This document shows positions 1-10,374 of a stretch of 64,000 bases of DNA, in pieces. Made by a program: the position numbers and the translations under genes. The DNA comes from a virus. Position 1 is the stretch's first letter; every line of letters starts with the position of its first letter. The stretch covers positions 54,882-118,881 of IMG/VR virus record IMGVR_UViG_3300032893_000009, one strand, 5' to 3'. The notes beneath the pieces were generated by a model. The model was given only the letters and a program-made list of their open reading frames with translations, was not told the origin of the DNA and did not search any database.

Positions 1-759
1 GACAAGATGACCGGGCCATTTCTGTTCACCCCGGCCAAGACTGTCGCCGACCAGCTGCTGGCCTCGATCTTCGGCGCGAAGAAGAAGAGCTACACCGACC
101 CCGTGCGCGGCTACAACATTTCTGTCTCCCGTACTGGTACCGGCAAGAACGATACCAAGTACGGCATGATCACTGCGGACGAGGACCCCACCCCGGTTCC
201 CAAGGCGCTGCTGGACAAGCTGAAGCCGTTTGCGGAACTGAAGGAGGTTCCGATCTACTCGCAGGCCAAGCAGCAGGCTGCTTATAGTGGCAAGTCTGTG
301 GACGAGGTTGAGCCTGAGCAGGAAGAGGAGCAGCCGCGCAGTCGCCGCAGGGCTGTTGCCGAGGAAGTGGAAGAGCCTGTGGAGGACATCGATACCGAGG
401 CCGAGGCGGTGGATGAGGACGACCCTGACTTGGATGCCGATGAGCCAGTGGATGGCGAGGACCTGCCTGCAGAGGACGAGGAGCTGGTGGAAGAGCCTCC
501 CGCGCCCCGTGCCAAGCCGAAGGCCAAGCCTGTTGCCGTGCGCCGTCCAGCTCCGGTAGAGGAAGTCGCGGATGAGCCCCTTGAGGACGACATCCCCGAC
601 GACATCGATCTGGATGCAATCGATGATGAGGGCGACGACGCCCCCGACCCGGAGCCTGTGCGGAGGCCTGCTGCCAAGCCGGGTCCACGGCCCGTGGCTG
701 CCAAACCAGCTGCGCGGCCCGCGTCGAGGGTCTCGGCCCCCAATCCGAAGCGCCGGTAA
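1..759 (+). CDS. single-stranded DNA-binding protein, T4 gp32-like (5'-truncated by the window edge)
   Basis: Frame is open from base 1. YTDPVRGYNISVSRTGTGKNDTKYG resembles the C-terminal part of gp32-like SSBs, followed by a long Asp/Glu/Pro-rich tail. Lies directly upstream of the RecA-like gene. Confidence 0.55.
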   Translation, partial: DKMTGPFLFTPAKTVADQLLASIFGAKKKSYTDPVRGYNISVSRTGTGKNDTKYGMITADEDPTPVPKALLDKLKPFAELKEVPIYSQAKQQAAYSGKSVDEVEPEQEEEQPRSRRRAVAEEVEEPVEDIDTEAEAVDEDDPDLDADEPVDGEDLPAEDEELVEEPPAPRAKPKAKPVAVRRPAPVEEVADEPLEDDIPDDIDLDAIDDEGDDAPDPEPVRRPAAKPGPRPVAAKPAARPASRVSAPNPKRR

Positions 760-773
760 TCCGAGCAGCTAAC

Positions 774-803
774 TGAGGCCCGGAGCATCGGGCCTCATTC
801 TTT
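774..803 (+). terminator. probable intrinsic terminator or processing hairpin
   Basis: TGAGGCCCG-GAGCAT-CGGGCCTCA followed by TTCTTT, just after the stop codon. Confidence 0.55.
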
Positions 804-816
804 CTGGAGATGCGAC

Positions 817-1797
817 GTGATTCCCAAGCCCAAAGCGAAGCGTGCCGAACCTGCTGCGCCAGCCAGCGTGGCGGCACCCGTGAAGTCTGCGGTTCTGGAC
901 ATCGATGGCAATGCCATTCAGACGCAGGTCCACAAGATGCTGGACACCCCGATCTTCGCGGTGAAGGAGCGCTACTGGCTGGATACCAAGTCACCGGAGC
1001 TGAATGCTACTTTCGGCTCACGGGAGAGGGGCATTCCTTACGGCAAGGTCTTTGAGATTTCTGGTTTGGAGCACAGTGGCAAGACTCTGATCGCCAACCT
1101 GCTTATGGGCATGGCTCAGGACGACGGCGCGGCTGCCGGGTACATCGATCTGGAGGATAGCCGCGACGGGGCGTGGGCTACCAAGCTGGGTGTGCATTGG
1201 AATGCTGTGACACAGTTCTACCCACAACTGGTTAGGCAGGAGAAAGGTCCACCGAAGCTGCTCGGTGTTGAAGAGATTTGCGACCGGGCAGAGAAGGCCA
1301 TGTATCTGCTACACAAGAGGGCCGGAGCCAAGAAGCAGTTTTGGTTCCTCGACTCCGTGGCCATGATGGTGACCGGCAAGCAGGTGGATGCTGGCCTGAC
1401 AGAAATCACTATGAATTCCAAGCTGGACCGCGCCGCATTTCTGGCTACCATGCTGCCGCGCTGGACGGGACTGGCTGCGAACTACAACGCCATGATCCTT
1501 GTCTCCAACCATCTGCACAACAAGGTGGGCAAGTTCTTCGGCGATCCCTACGAGACTCCCGGGGGCCGTGCCCTGCGCCACGTCTGTGCGGTGCGGGTGC
1601 GTGGGGCGCGCGCCAAGAACGGGCGGCTGATGCAGGGCAAGCGGGTGATTGGGCTGGCCAGCATTTTCCGCAATCTGAAGAACAAGAGCGGAGACGGTTC
1701 CGTGGAAGGCTGCGAAGTGGGTTTCAAGGTGCGCTGGGACAAGCCCCTCGCAGTGGTGCAGTTTATGAACGCCAACGAACTCAGAGGAGATGAGTAA
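817..1797 (+). CDS. recA: RecA/UvsX-like recombinase
   Basis: GIPYGKVFEISGLEHSGKT (Walker A), YIDLE, FLDSVA (Walker B), GDPYETPGGRALRH and KNK motifs. Confidence 0.9.
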   Translation: MIPKPKAKRAEPAAPASVAAPVKSAVLDIDGNAIQTQVHKMLDTPIFAVKERYWLDTKSPELNATFGSRERGIPYGKVFEISGLEHSGKTLIANLLMGMAQDDGAAAGYIDLEDSRDGAWATKLGVHWNAVTQFYPQLVRQEKGPPKLLGVEEICDRAEKAMYLLHKRAGAKKQFWFLDSVAMMVTGKQVDAGLTEITMNSKLDRAAFLATMLPRWTGLAANYNAMILVSNHLHNKVGKFFGDPYETPGGRALRHVCAVRVRGARAKNGRLMQGKRVIGLASIFRNLKNKSGDGSVEGCEVGFKVRWDKPLAVVQFMNANELRGDE

Positions 1798-2209
1798 CAT
1801 GGCAACGAAAAAGACAAGCGAGGCCCCCGAGGGTACAGGGGAGCAGACCGGGGCGCTGAGCCGCGAAGCTGAATTGACTGCTGCGTTGAATGAGGTGAAG
1901 ACGCAGCTTGCTAACCAAGAATCTTTGTACCAGCACGAAGTTGGACGGCTGAAGGGCATCATCGAGCGGCTGCAGCACGAGTCCAAGAGCGTGCATCCCG
2001 ACGCCACTCCACAGGGCGCGCTGTCCTATATCATCACCTATCTCGAAGCTGTGGCGGTTGGTGGAAGCGCCGGTTATCTGCGCAGCGCTGTGCATGTAGC
2101 TGCTGGCCGTTTGAACACCGATGATCGCATGAAGCTGCGCGAGTACGTGCAGCGTTTGGCCTCTGCTACTGACGCCGTGGTGCAGGAATCCGCAACATTC
2201 TTCGTGTAA
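1790..2209 (+). CDS. hypothetical protein (coiled coil)
   Basis: Overlaps the recA stop, has an RBS (GAGGAG), phage-like codon usage. Confidence 0.6.
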   Translation: MSNMATKKTSEAPEGTGEQTGALSREAELTAALNEVKTQLANQESLYQHEVGRLKGIIERLQHESKSVHPDATPQGALSYIITYLEAVAVGGSAGYLRSAVHVAAGRLNTDDRMKLREYVQRLASATDAVVQESATFFV

Positions 2210-2219
2210 GGGGGCCGTT

Positions 2220-2543
2220 GTGCAGTTTGTTTGCGGAGTTGTGGACAAGCAGGGGGTGCGCCGCATCCTTACCGCCGAGAGTACGCCGACACTGGAGAAC
2301 ATCGACGACGCGGCGCGGCGCATGACTGCTCTGCCTGTGGACTGGGGGCCGGAGGCCGATCAGGAAGCCAGCCGGTGGGCTGCGTGGATCATTCTTGATA
2401 CTGTGACGGGCGCGGTTATAGCAGATCGATATTGCGAGCAATATGCTGCTGAGGTGGTCAGGAAGCTGAGCACGGATCGCATGTGGCTCCTACCTGTGGG
2501 CGAGGTCGAGGAATGGCTGAGAACCAAGCAGAAAGTAAACTGA
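2220..2543 (+). CDS. hypothetical protein
   Basis: Fills the gap in the operon; GTG start after GGGGG. Confidence 0.5.
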   Translation: MQFVCGVVDKQGVRRILTAESTPTLENIDDAARRMTALPVDWGPEADQEASRWAAWIILDTVTGAVIADRYCEQYAAEVVRKLSTDRMWLLPVGEVEEWLRTKQKVN

Positions 2544-3571
2544 CGCAGCAGCTGTCTCTCGCGGCACGGCCCAGAACACTGGATGGCCTGATCGGACAGG
2601 GAAGAATGGTGAGCCGCATTCGTGGCCACATCGATACAGGCCGCTACCCCAAGGCGTGGTTGTTCTACGGACCCAAGGGGGTGGGCAAAACAACCACTGC
2701 GCGTATTCTGGCTCTCTCTTACCAGTGCTCTCATCAGGAGCTGTTCGGACGGCCATGCAAGGCCTGCCGCGCGCTGTGCCCGGAGGGGGTCTCTGCGGGC
2801 ATCTGGAGCAACTTTCCCGTGCTGGAGATTTCCGGTGCGGCCATCTCGACGAAGGAAGAAATGGGCTATGCGCTGTCAGCGGCGCATGCGGGCATCATGG
2901 GCGTGGGGCGCTACCGGGTGTACATCATCAACGAGGTGCAGCGCTGCAGCAGCGCCTGCCTGAGCCTGTTTCTGGATCGCATGGAAGACACTCCCCGGAG
3001 CACGGTATTCATCTTCACCACCACCGAGGCCTCGCGCCTGAGCGACCCGTTCCGGTCCCGCTGCCAGTGCTACGAGCTGAGAGAGCTGGACGCCGATGGT
3101 GTGGGATTGATGGTGGGACGTCTTCTGAAGCGCATCGGAAGCGCGTTGCCTGCCGACCGGCTGGTGGAAGCGCTGCTTGACAGCAAGGTATTCTCACCCC
3201 GGCTGGTGGCGCAGGCTGTCGAGAAGTACACCGCCGGGTGCGACCCGGATGAGGCGGCGCTGGTGAGCGGCACGCCGGACGTGGACATCATGGCGCTGTC
3301 CAAGGCTATTACCCATGGAGACTGGCCGAGCGCCGCACAGTATTTGCAGGGAGCGCAGCGCAGCGATGCCCGTTCTTTGCGGGTACTGCTGATGAAGTAC
3401 CTGCGCGACCAGCTGCTGGAGTCGTCGGAGATCGGGCCGAGGGCAACCACGGTAGCCAAGGCCATCGATCTCATGTCAAGTGTGACTAATGCCGAGGATG
3501 AGGTGGTATTTGCAGCCATCTGCTCATCTGCTTATTCTCTGACGAAGCTGTTCAGCCAGTATACGGTGTGA
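2513..3571 (+). CDS. clamp-loader AAA+ ATPase (DNA polymerase III gamma/tau-like)
   Basis: RPRTLDGLIGQ, GPKGVGKTTTAR (Walker A), C..C..C zinc module, variant Walker B IINEV, and SRC motif. Confidence 0.88.
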   Translation: MAENQAESKLTQQLSLAARPRTLDGLIGQGRMVSRIRGHIDTGRYPKAWLFYGPKGVGKTTTARILALSYQCSHQELFGRPCKACRALCPEGVSAGIWSNFPVLEISGAAISTKEEMGYALSAAHAGIMGVGRYRVYIINEVQRCSSACLSLFLDRMEDTPRSTVFIFTTTEASRLSDPFRSRCQCYELRELDADGVGLMVGRLLKRIGSALPADRLVEALLDSKVFSPRLVAQAVEKYTAGCDPDEAALVSGTPDVDIMALSKAITHGDWPSAAQYLQGAQRSDARSLRVLLMKYLRDQLLESSEIGPRATTVAKAIDLMSSVTNAEDEVVFAAICSSAYSLTKLFSQYTV

Positions 3572-6390
3572 GGACGTTTATGAGACTGCTGTTCACGAGT
3601 GATTGGCAGGTTCATTTCAGTAACATGCTGGAGTGTGAACTTTCGCTGGAGGAATTGCTGGCCGCCGCCGACAAGTACAAGCCTGCGGTGATCATCCACG
3701 GCGGCGACATGAAAGAGGACTACTCGCCTGTGGACGTGGAGGTGGTGAAGTTTGCCGTCCGGGCAGTGCGCCGCATTCGGGAGGCCGGGCACCGGTTCAT
3801 CATCAATCTGGGCAACCACGACCGCATCAGCCAGTCGAGCGAGTCCAAGGACTGGCTGGATGTGCTGGCCGCCGCCGGGGCTGAGGTGGTCACCAAGCCT
3901 GCCATCAAGAAAATCGGGAATTTGGCCCTGTGCTGCCTTCCGTTCACGGCGGACAGGGAAATGCTCATCAAGGGGGCAAAAGCCCTGCTACGGGCTTCTG
4001 CGGGCCACCACGGGCCTAAAATCCTGCTCTTCCATACCGAGATTGCCGGTGCGGTGCTGAATTCTGCTGGAAGGCTGGGCCACGGCCCCACCCCAGAGGA
4101 GCTGGGCTTCGATCAGTACGACGCCTGTTTCGGCGGCCATATTCACAACCACCAGAGGATCAGCGAGAACAGCTGGTATATCGGAGCCCCGTTTGCGCAG
4201 GACTGGGGCGACGCCAATTCCAGCCGGGGTCATCTGCTAGTAGATGTAGTACAGACGGTGGGGGTGAAGCAGCTGCGCACTGATATTCCTCACTGGTACG
4301 ACGTGGGCTATCTGGAGGAGAACAAGATCACCCCCGAGGCCGGAGCCTACATCCGGTCCAAGGTGCCGGTGACCAGTCGCCGCATCACCGATCAGCTGCG
4401 CGAGGAAGAGGAGCGTATTCGTGCGAAGTACGGCGAGGTGCGGGTTCACACCGTTCCGGTGCTGGTGGACGAGACCCCTGATCAGATGGTGCTCAAGGGT
4501 GCCACCGACCGGGAGAAGATCGAGCAGTACGTGGCAGCGACCATCACCGAGCAGCACCGCTTCGAGCCCGCGCAGGCGGTCAGCTACATGGAGTCCAAGC
4601 TGCAGGGTCTGAAGGAGGGCGCGCAGGGCGGCGATCTGCATTTCGTGGGCGTGGAGGCGCATAACGTTCTGGTGTTCGAGGACGTGAAGATGCGGCTGGA
4701 GAAGCTGGGACTGGTGCTGGTGCGCGGGGAAAGCGAGGACTGGCCCGGGCGCTCCAACGGCACCGGCAAGAGCAGCCTGCTGAGTCTGGTTCCGATTGCC
4801 ATGTTCGGGGTGGTGCCCAACAAGAAGCAGAAGGCCGATGCGTGGGCTTACGAGCGCGACGAGGCTCCGGCTACGGTGCGCTTGTTGTTGCAAGACGCAG
4901 CCAAGCGCAAGATCGAGATCATCCGGGGCCGCAGGCCGCACCTGATTCAACTGCGCATCGACGGTGAGGACAAGTCTTCAGGCATCCGAGGCACTGGCAA
5001 GAACGAGACACAGGGCCTCATCGAGCAGGTGACCGGCTACGATATGCAGATGCTGATGAACGCCGTGTACATCGATCAGGCGGTGGCCAACAGCTTCGTA
5101 TTCGGCACCCCCAGCGGACGCATGGACCTGATTGCCCGCTTCCAGAACCTCGAACGCTTCGACAAGGCTCTTGCGGCGGTGGGCGCGGATTACAAGCGCT
5201 GGGAAGGAGCCGTACCACCGTTGACCGCCCAGATTGAATTATGGGAGCAGGAGATTGATGGGCTGAAGGACGAGCTGCATGCAATCGAACAGGAGCAGAA
5301 GTCGAACTGGGGCGAGCAGCTGAAGGAGGAGCAGGCCAAGCTGGGCAACCTCGTGGAACAGCATGCGGCGCTGTCCGGTGTGGCTGCCACCTATGCGGAG
5401 ATGCAGCGTGAGCTGGACGATCTGCTTGCCGACCGTCATAGGGAGCTTGCAGATGTGGAGAAGCTGGACCGGCAGGTGCATGTGGCCAAGGACCGGGCGG
5501 AGCGCGGACGCGAGCTGGTGAGGGCTGGGCAGTGCCCCACCTGCGCGCAGCCCACCAAGAATCTGGGCGACACGCTGGTGAAGAGCTTCGAGAACAAGGC
5601 CAAGGAGATCGAGAGCATAGCACTGCGGCACCGGGACGCGGTAGACGGGTTGGACCGGAAGGTGGCCGATATTTCCACGAAGCTGGGCAAATTCCAACTG
5701 CAGATGACAGGATTGGAAGGCGAACTGAGCGTCAGCCGTGGCCGGGTGCGCGATCTGCAGAAGGTTGCTGACGAAGAGGCTGAGCGCAACCAGACCCGGG
5801 CGGCCAAGATCGAGCGCATGTCTTTCGAGCTGGCTTTGAAGAAGCGCTACCGCAGGGCGGCGGTCGCAGCGCGGCAGGAACTGATCGTCGGGCTGGAGAT
5901 GCTGGAGTATGCAAAGAAGGCCTTTCACCGCAGCGGCATTCCGCTCTACCTTTCCGTGGGGCTGTGCCCGCTGCTCAATCAGGCTGCCGATGAGTACAGC
6001 GAGATTTTTACGGATGGCAAGCTCAAGGTGACCTTCCGCGTCGAGGACGGGGAGTTTGTGGTGGACGTGGTCAACCCGGTGGGCTCGGGGACCACCGAGG
6101 GCCAGTCTGCCGGTGAGTCGGCGATGGCTGGTCTCATCGCGGCATTTTCCGTGCGCGAGGCCGCGCCCAAGACCAATCTGTTGATCTTGGATGAGCCGGG
6201 CACGCATCTGGACCCCGAGGGGTGCCGCCAGTTTGCACGGGGAATTCTGAAGCTGAAGGACCGCTTCGAGACCATCATGCTGGTCACGCATAATGCTTAT
6301 ATTGCGTCACTTCTCTCTGGTGAAACGGTCTACACTGTACGGAAGCGGAGCGGACGAAGCAAGCTCTATCTATCATCAAGGAGAGGGTAA
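3568..6390 (+). CDS. fused SbcD (Mre11-like phosphoesterase) and SbcC (Rad50-like SMC ATPase)
   Basis: N-terminal SDWQ, GGD, GNHD, FH and GHIH motifs; then SNGTGKSS (Walker A), coiled coil with CPTC zinc hook, SAGE signature, LLILDEP and VTH. Confidence 0.9.
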   Translation: MRTFMRLLFTSDWQVHFSNMLECELSLEELLAAADKYKPAVIIHGGDMKEDYSPVDVEVVKFAVRAVRRIREAGHRFIINLGNHDRISQSSESKDWLDVLAAAGAEVVTKPAIKKIGNLALCCLPFTADREMLIKGAKALLRASAGHHGPKILLFHTEIAGAVLNSAGRLGHGPTPEELGFDQYDACFGGHIHNHQRISENSWYIGAPFAQDWGDANSSRGHLLVDVVQTVGVKQLRTDIPHWYDVGYLEENKITPEAGAYIRSKVPVTSRRITDQLREEEERIRAKYGEVRVHTVPVLVDETPDQMVLKGATDREKIEQYVAATITEQHRFEPAQAVSYMESKLQGLKEGAQGGDLHFVGVEAHNVLVFEDVKMRLEKLGLVLVRGESEDWPGRSNGTGKSSLLSLVPIAMFGVVPNKKQKADAWAYERDEAPATVRLLLQDAAKRKIEIIRGRRPHLIQLRIDGEDKSSGIRGTGKNETQGLIEQVTGYDMQMLMNAVYIDQAVANSFVFGTPSGRMDLIARFQNLERFDKALAAVGADYKRWEGAVPPLTAQIELWEQEIDGLKDELHAIEQEQKSNWGEQLKEEQAKLGNLVEQHAALSGVAATYAEMQRELDDLLADRHRELADVEKLDRQVHVAKDRAERGRELVRAGQCPTCAQPTKNLGDTLVKSFENKAKEIESIALRHRDAVDGLDRKVADISTKLGKFQLQMTGLEGELSVSRGRVRDLQKVADEEAERNQTRAAKIERMSFELALKKRYRRAAVAARQELIVGLEMLEYAKKAFHRSGIPLYLSVGLCPLLNQAADEYSEIFTDGKLKVTFRVEDGEFVVDVVNPVGSGTTEGQSAGESAMAGLIAAFSVREAAPKTNLLILDEPGTHLDPEGCRQFARGILKLKDRFETIMLVTHNAYIASLLSGETVYTVRKRSGRSKLYLSSRRG

Positions 6391-6617
6391 TGAAGAACGA
6401 GGGCAAGCGTGAGCAGGGCAGCGTGAAGTGGTTCAATGCTGCCAAGGGGTTCGGGTTCATCGGGCGCAGTGAGGGTGATGATGTGTTTGTGCATTACTCC
6501 GGCGTGCGCGGAGACGGCTTCAGGAAGCTGGATGAGGGTGACCTAGTAGAGTTCTCTCTACAGGCATCCAAGACCAAACCGGGGAAGTTTGAGGCCATTG
6601 ACGTAGTGAAGGTGTAA
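6390..6617 (+). CDS. cold-shock domain protein
   Basis: [15 protein letters not shown] and DVFVHYS (RNP1/RNP2 motifs). Confidence 0.95.
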   Translation: MKNEGKREQGSVKWFNAAKGFGFIGRSEGDDVFVHYSGVRGDGFRKLDEGDLVEFSLQASKTKPGKFEAIDVVKV

Positions 6618-6621
6618 GCCT

Positions 6622-7065
6622 ATGAGGATCGCAGTGGTGGGAGCTAAGGAAAGGGATACGGAGGAGGATCGTCTGCTGGTTGAGAAGCTGGTGGAGCAGA
6701 TTTCCTCCGAAGCCCCGCACACCGTGTTCGTCGGAATGATGACGCACATCGGGGTGGGGCGGTTTCTCAAGGACAAAATTCTGCGGCGCGACGGCAACGG
6801 CAGTTTCTCCTTCTCCATGATCGAGTGCTCGGTGCGGGTCTTCGCCCGGGGCATGTCCAAGAGCGATCTGGTGCAGATTTATCTGGCGCGCAACGCCACG
6901 CCGTTTGAGATCAGTGACATGCTGATTTACCTCGCTTCAGAGGACCGGCGCGGCACCTGCGAAGAGCTGCTGGAGCGCTTTCATCATGCGGGCAGGCCGG
7001 TGCTGGTGCTGATGCCGGGTGACCCGTTGCCGGAGCGTATTCTGGAAAGCGCGGAGGTAGCATGA
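6622..7065 (+). CDS. hypothetical protein (possibly SLOG/Rossmann-like)
   Basis: MRIAVVG start and RGT...GRPVLV ending; operon position. Confidence 0.5.
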   Translation: MRIAVVGAKERDTEEDRLLVEKLVEQISSEAPHTVFVGMMTHIGVGRFLKDKILRRDGNGSFSFSMIECSVRVFARGMSKSDLVQIYLARNATPFEISDMLIYLASEDRRGTCEELLERFHHAGRPVLVLMPGDPLPERILESAEVA

Positions 7066-7274
7066 CCTACCATTCGCTGAGCGACAGCGGGATGACGCCG
7101 GAGGAGCGCCGTCAAGAGGCCAATGTCATCATTGCCATATTCAATGACTGCGACGCGCTGGGTAGGCTGAGCCGCAACGAGTATGAATTCGTAGAGAAGA
7201 TGGCGAAGGGCTTTCCGGTTTCGACGAGCCAGCTCTTCTGGCTCAGGGATTTGAAAAGCAAGTATTGCGAGTGA
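7062..7274 (+). CDS. hypothetical protein
   Basis: ATGA overlap and GGAGG RBS. Confidence 0.6.
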   Translation: MTYHSLSDSGMTPEERRQEANVIIAIFNDCDALGRLSRNEYEFVEKMAKGFPVSTSQLFWLRDLKSKYCE

Positions 7275-7281
7275 GGAGCGT

Positions 7282-7563
7282 ATGAGCAAAGAAGACGTAG
7301 CACGGTACAGGGCGGCTGCCCATGCAATGCAGACTGCGGTGGCTATGAGCATGGAGGTCGATCCGGGCGATTGCACCCCCAAGCATCTTCGAGTGGGTGT
7401 CAATTCAGCTCTGTGTGATAGCGGAGCCATGGCCGCGCTGCTTATTGCCAAGGGTCTGATCACCCGGGATGAATACGAGAAGGCGGTTGCGGACATGATG
7501 GAAGCTGAGGTGCAGCGCTACCGCGAGGAGTTGGGTCTGCCGGACAACGTGATATTTTGGTGA
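7282..7563 (+). CDS. hypothetical protein
   Basis: GAGGAG RBS; operon position. Confidence 0.65.
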   Translation: MSKEDVARYRAAAHAMQTAVAMSMEVDPGDCTPKHLRVGVNSALCDSGAMAALLIAKGLITRDEYEKAVADMMEAEVQRYREELGLPDNVIFW

Positions 7564-7572
7564 GGTAAGCGT

Positions 7573-8349
7573 ATGACAGTTGCTGTGTGTACCATGGGCT
7601 GCGACCGCAAGGCTGCAGAGGGCCAGCCATCTTGGCCTTATCTGTTCGATCTGGACGGCGATTACACCCTTTACATCAACTACGAGTCCACGCATGAAGA
7701 CAGCGGGGCAAAGTGTGACGCCATTGCCGAGGTTGAGGCGCTTGCGCAAAAGTTTCCTCAACGGGTCTGGTCCTTTGACGAGTGGGTCTGGAACACACCT
7801 CACGGCACACTCTGGCGTCACCGTCCCCAGTACGATCAGGATCAGAACCGGCTGGCCAGCATCGTGACGGCACGGAATATGTGCGTGGAATATGCCATGC
7901 AGACCAATGCCAGCCACCTATTGTTCTGCGACGCTGACATCATTCCGCCCCGCGACGTGATTCCCAAGCTGCTGGAGCTTAACCGCGATGCGACTTGTGG
8001 GCTGGTGCATGGCCGTGGTGTCCACTCCTCCTGCCAGTATCTGTTTGGCGAGAAGCGGCGCTGGCGGCAGGGTGACCCATCCTACGAGGTCGTGGAGTGC
8101 GAGCACGGCAACATCGGCTTCACCATGATCTCGCGCAAGCTGTTCGAGGCGGTGCGCTTCCGTTACGGCATGTCGATGTATGCCGACGGGCGTAATTGCT
8201 TCACCAGCGACGATCCGGCCTTCCATGCCGACTGCCATCTCAAGTTCGGTACATGGCCTTGGCTCAGGATGGACGTTGAAGGAAAGCATGTGGGCGACCT
8301 CAAGGCCGAAGACGTGGCTGGCTGGGGCGCAGCGGAACCTGCGAGGTAA
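7573..8349 (+). CDS. GT-A fold (family 2-like) glycosyltransferase
   Basis: ARN...HLLFCDADII (DxD motif), GFTMISR and SDDPAF. Confidence 0.75.
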   Translation: MTVAVCTMGCDRKAAEGQPSWPYLFDLDGDYTLYINYESTHEDSGAKCDAIAEVEALAQKFPQRVWSFDEWVWNTPHGTLWRHRPQYDQDQNRLASIVTARNMCVEYAMQTNASHLLFCDADIIPPRDVIPKLLELNRDATCGLVHGRGVHSSCQYLFGEKRRWRQGDPSYEVVECEHGNIGFTMISRKLFEAVRFRYGMSMYADGRNCFTSDDPAFHADCHLKFGTWPWLRMDVEGKHVGDLKAEDVAGWGAAEPAR

Positions 8350-8351
8350 TC

Positions 8352-9044
8352 ATGCCCGTTTTGAATGCTACTGTGCGCGACTTCAACGTCTTCAAAACCA
8401 GTTGGCAGGGGCCTAGCTATTCACAGCTTGGCCAAGACGTGTGGGTGATTTTTCAATTGGGCAGGAAGGCCAACGGCTATTTTGTGGAGATCGGCGCTGG
8501 CGATGGTGTGATCAATAGCAACACCTGCATGTTGGAAAGAAAGTTCAATTGGCAAGGGGTACTGGTTGAACCACGTCGTTCTGCGATCCCTTCATTGCTT
8601 GCCAACCGTCCCCTCAGCGTGAAAATGGGGTACTGTGTGATTGGGAATAAGGCTTGGCCTCCGGGGCAAGAACACAGTGTTCCTTTTACTGAAATGCAGT
8701 GGGGAGATTTATCAGTGCAGGAGGGGTATGGGCAAGACCACATGGCCCTGCACCGCCAGCCGCTTGACACGTACCCTGTCTATGCTTACACGCTGGATGA
8801 GATTCTGCATTATGCTCAGGCACCAAAGCAGATTGACTACATGAGCATTGATACCGAGGGAAGCGAGTACGATATTCTGGCGGCATTCGATTTTAGCCGC
8901 TACGACATTCAGCTTTTGACTGTGGAGCACAACTTCACCGAGAACCGGGCAAAGACCCGTGCGCTGCTTGAGGCCAACGGCTACTTCTGTGTGGACTGGC
9001 CGGAGGTCACGGCTTTTGACGATTGGTTTATCAAGGAGAGGTGA
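8352..9044 (+). CDS. FkbM-family methyltransferase
   Basis: SQLGQD, FVEIGAGDG..SNT, GVLVEP and IDYMSIDTEGSE. Confidence 0.9.
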   Translation: MPVLNATVRDFNVFKTSWQGPSYSQLGQDVWVIFQLGRKANGYFVEIGAGDGVINSNTCMLERKFNWQGVLVEPRRSAIPSLLANRPLSVKMGYCVIGNKAWPPGQEHSVPFTEMQWGDLSVQEGYGQDHMALHRQPLDTYPVYAYTLDEILHYAQAPKQIDYMSIDTEGSEYDILAAFDFSRYDIQLLTVEHNFTENRAKTRALLEANGYFCVDWPEVTAFDDWFIKER

Positions 9045-9892
9045 TGAAGGCGCTTGTAATTGGAGATCATGGTTTTGTTGGACGGCATCTCTGCCCCATG
9101 CTGCACAAGGCGGGGTACGAGGTATATGGCACCGAGGATTTCGTGCGGAACTTTTTGCCCGACTATCACTCCCGTATTCATTACGACGTAATCGTGCATC
9201 TGGGAGCCAACATCGTGAACGTCGATGACCGGATGAAGCTGGGCATGCACGGCTACGACGACATCCTGCTCGACTACGAGGTGTGCCGGTATGTGGAGCT
9301 GTTTCCGCCGACCAAGGCCTTCATCGCCATGTCCAGTTGCGCGGTGGATTACCCCGACGATCCCTACTGCATCGTGAAGCGCACGCTGGAGGCCTTCGCT
9401 CATACCCTGTTCAAGAAGGGCGTGCCGGTGGTGACCCTGCGCCCCTTCTCCGGCTACGGCCCTGATCAGTCCACCGAGTATCCATTCCGGGCCATCTTCG
9501 AGCGTGCCATGCGCCACGAAGAGCCGTTGACGGTGTGGGGTGGCACTCAGGTTCGGGACTGGCTGTGGATCGACGACCTGTGTGATGGCATCATGTGCGC
9601 CATCGAGTATTTCCCGCGTGGCGGCGTGTATGAGATGGGCACCGGCATCGGGACGTCGTTGCTGGAGCTGGGGGAGAGGATTGCGCGGGGCGTGGGCTAC
9701 TATCCTCTGGTAATCGGAGATACAAGACGCTGCTCTTCCTCCAATTTCCGTGTAGCGTCTCAGCGGGGGCAGCACCAGTACGGGTGGATGCCCCGGGTAT
9801 CGCTGGCTGACGGCATCGAAAAGTCCGTGGCCTACTTCCGCGCGGCGGGCAGAATTCCTGCCGTACTTGAAGACGCAAAGAAAATTGTCTAG
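9044..9892 (+). CDS. NAD-dependent epimerase/dehydratase
   Basis: GDHGFVG, SS, YCIVK (YxxxK), RPFSGYGP and QVRDWLWIDD. Confidence 0.88.
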   Translation: MKALVIGDHGFVGRHLCPMLHKAGYEVYGTEDFVRNFLPDYHSRIHYDVIVHLGANIVNVDDRMKLGMHGYDDILLDYEVCRYVELFPPTKAFIAMSSCAVDYPDDPYCIVKRTLEAFAHTLFKKGVPVVTLRPFSGYGPDQSTEYPFRAIFERAMRHEEPLTVWGGTQVRDWLWIDDLCDGIMCAIEYFPRGGVYEMGTGIGTSLLELGERIARGVGYYPLVIGDTRRCSSSNFRVASQRGQHQYGWMPRVSLADGIEKSVAYFRAAGRIPAVLEDAKKIV

Positions 9893-9898
9893 TATAGT
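9872..9898 (+). promoter_or_regulatory. putative promoter of the Y RNA-Ro60 operon (GACGCA-N12-TANNNT class)
   Basis: GACGCA at 9872, 12-nt spacer, TAGTAT at 9890 with an overlapping TATAGT; first Y-RNA unit begins at 9902. Confidence 0.55.
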
Positions 9899-9901
9899 AG
9901 T

Positions 9902-9966
9902 GCGTGAGCCGAATGGCCTCTGTTCTCTGCTTAAGAAAACTCGGAGGCCTGACAACTTGCCCACGT
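9902..9966 (+). ncRNA. Y RNA-like unit 1 (minimal, Ro-binding stem only)
   Basis: GCGTG-AGCCGA...ACAACTTGCC-CACGT: complementary ends plus a bulged-C GCCGA/TTGC helix like the Ro60-binding helix of Y RNAs. Confidence 0.75.
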
Positions 9967-9975
9967 CAAAAGTTT

Positions 9976-10118
9976 TGCGAGAGCCGATGTGATTCTGTTC
10001 TCTGGGGGCTGCGCCCGCAAGGGCATCTAGGTTCAAGTCCTAGTTCCCCGACGTGTCGGGGAATGGTGAAATGGTAGACACACAGCTTTTGATCGGAGTC
10101 CGACAACTTGCCCTCGCA
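9976..10118 (+). ncRNA. YrlA-like Y RNA unit 2 with permuted tRNA-like domain
   Basis: TGCGAG-AGCCGA...ACAACTTGCC-CTCGCA enclosing a T arm (CTAGG TTCAAGT CCTAG), a loop-closed acceptor stem (TTCCCCGAC/GTCGGGGAA) and a D arm (GTGAAATGGTAGACAC). Confidence 0.85.
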
Positions 10119-10125
10119 TGAAGTT

Positions 10126-10214
10126 CGGTATGAGCCGGATGAATTGGGTTATCCAACTTGACAATGGATGAGACTCCAATCTCATTTATCCAGTTCAACA
10201 ACTTGCCCATACCG
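10126..10214 (+). ncRNA. Y RNA-like unit 3
   Basis: CGGTATG-AGCCGG...ACAACTTGCC-CATACCG; internal hairpins including a degenerate T-arm-like ATGAG-ACTCCAAT-CTCAT. Confidence 0.75.
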
Positions 10215-10222
10215 GAAGGAAA

Positions 10223-10366
10223 GGCACGAGCCGACAGAGGTTGGTTATCTGCCAAACTGCAGGTCGCGGGTTCAAATCCCGCCTTCCGGGCAACCGGATG
10301 TAGCTCAGCTGGCTAGAGCAGCAGAGGCCGAAAGGCCATACCCGACTTCAACAACTTGCCCGTGCT
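10223..10366 (+). ncRNA. YrlA-like Y RNA unit 4 with permuted tRNA-like domain
   Basis: GGCACG-AGCCGA...ACAACTTGCC-CGTGCT enclosing a T arm (GCGGG TTCAAAT CCCGC), a closed acceptor stem (TCCGG GCAA CCGGA) and a D arm (TAGCTCAGCTGGCTAGAGCA). Confidence 0.88.
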
Positions 10367-10374
10367 GAAAGTAC

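Noticed and set aside
10020-10325. Ordinary tRNA genes in the Ro60 leader
   Set aside because: The T arm precedes the D arm, the acceptor stem is loop-closed and there is no anticodon loop or CCA; this fits YrlA-type mimics.
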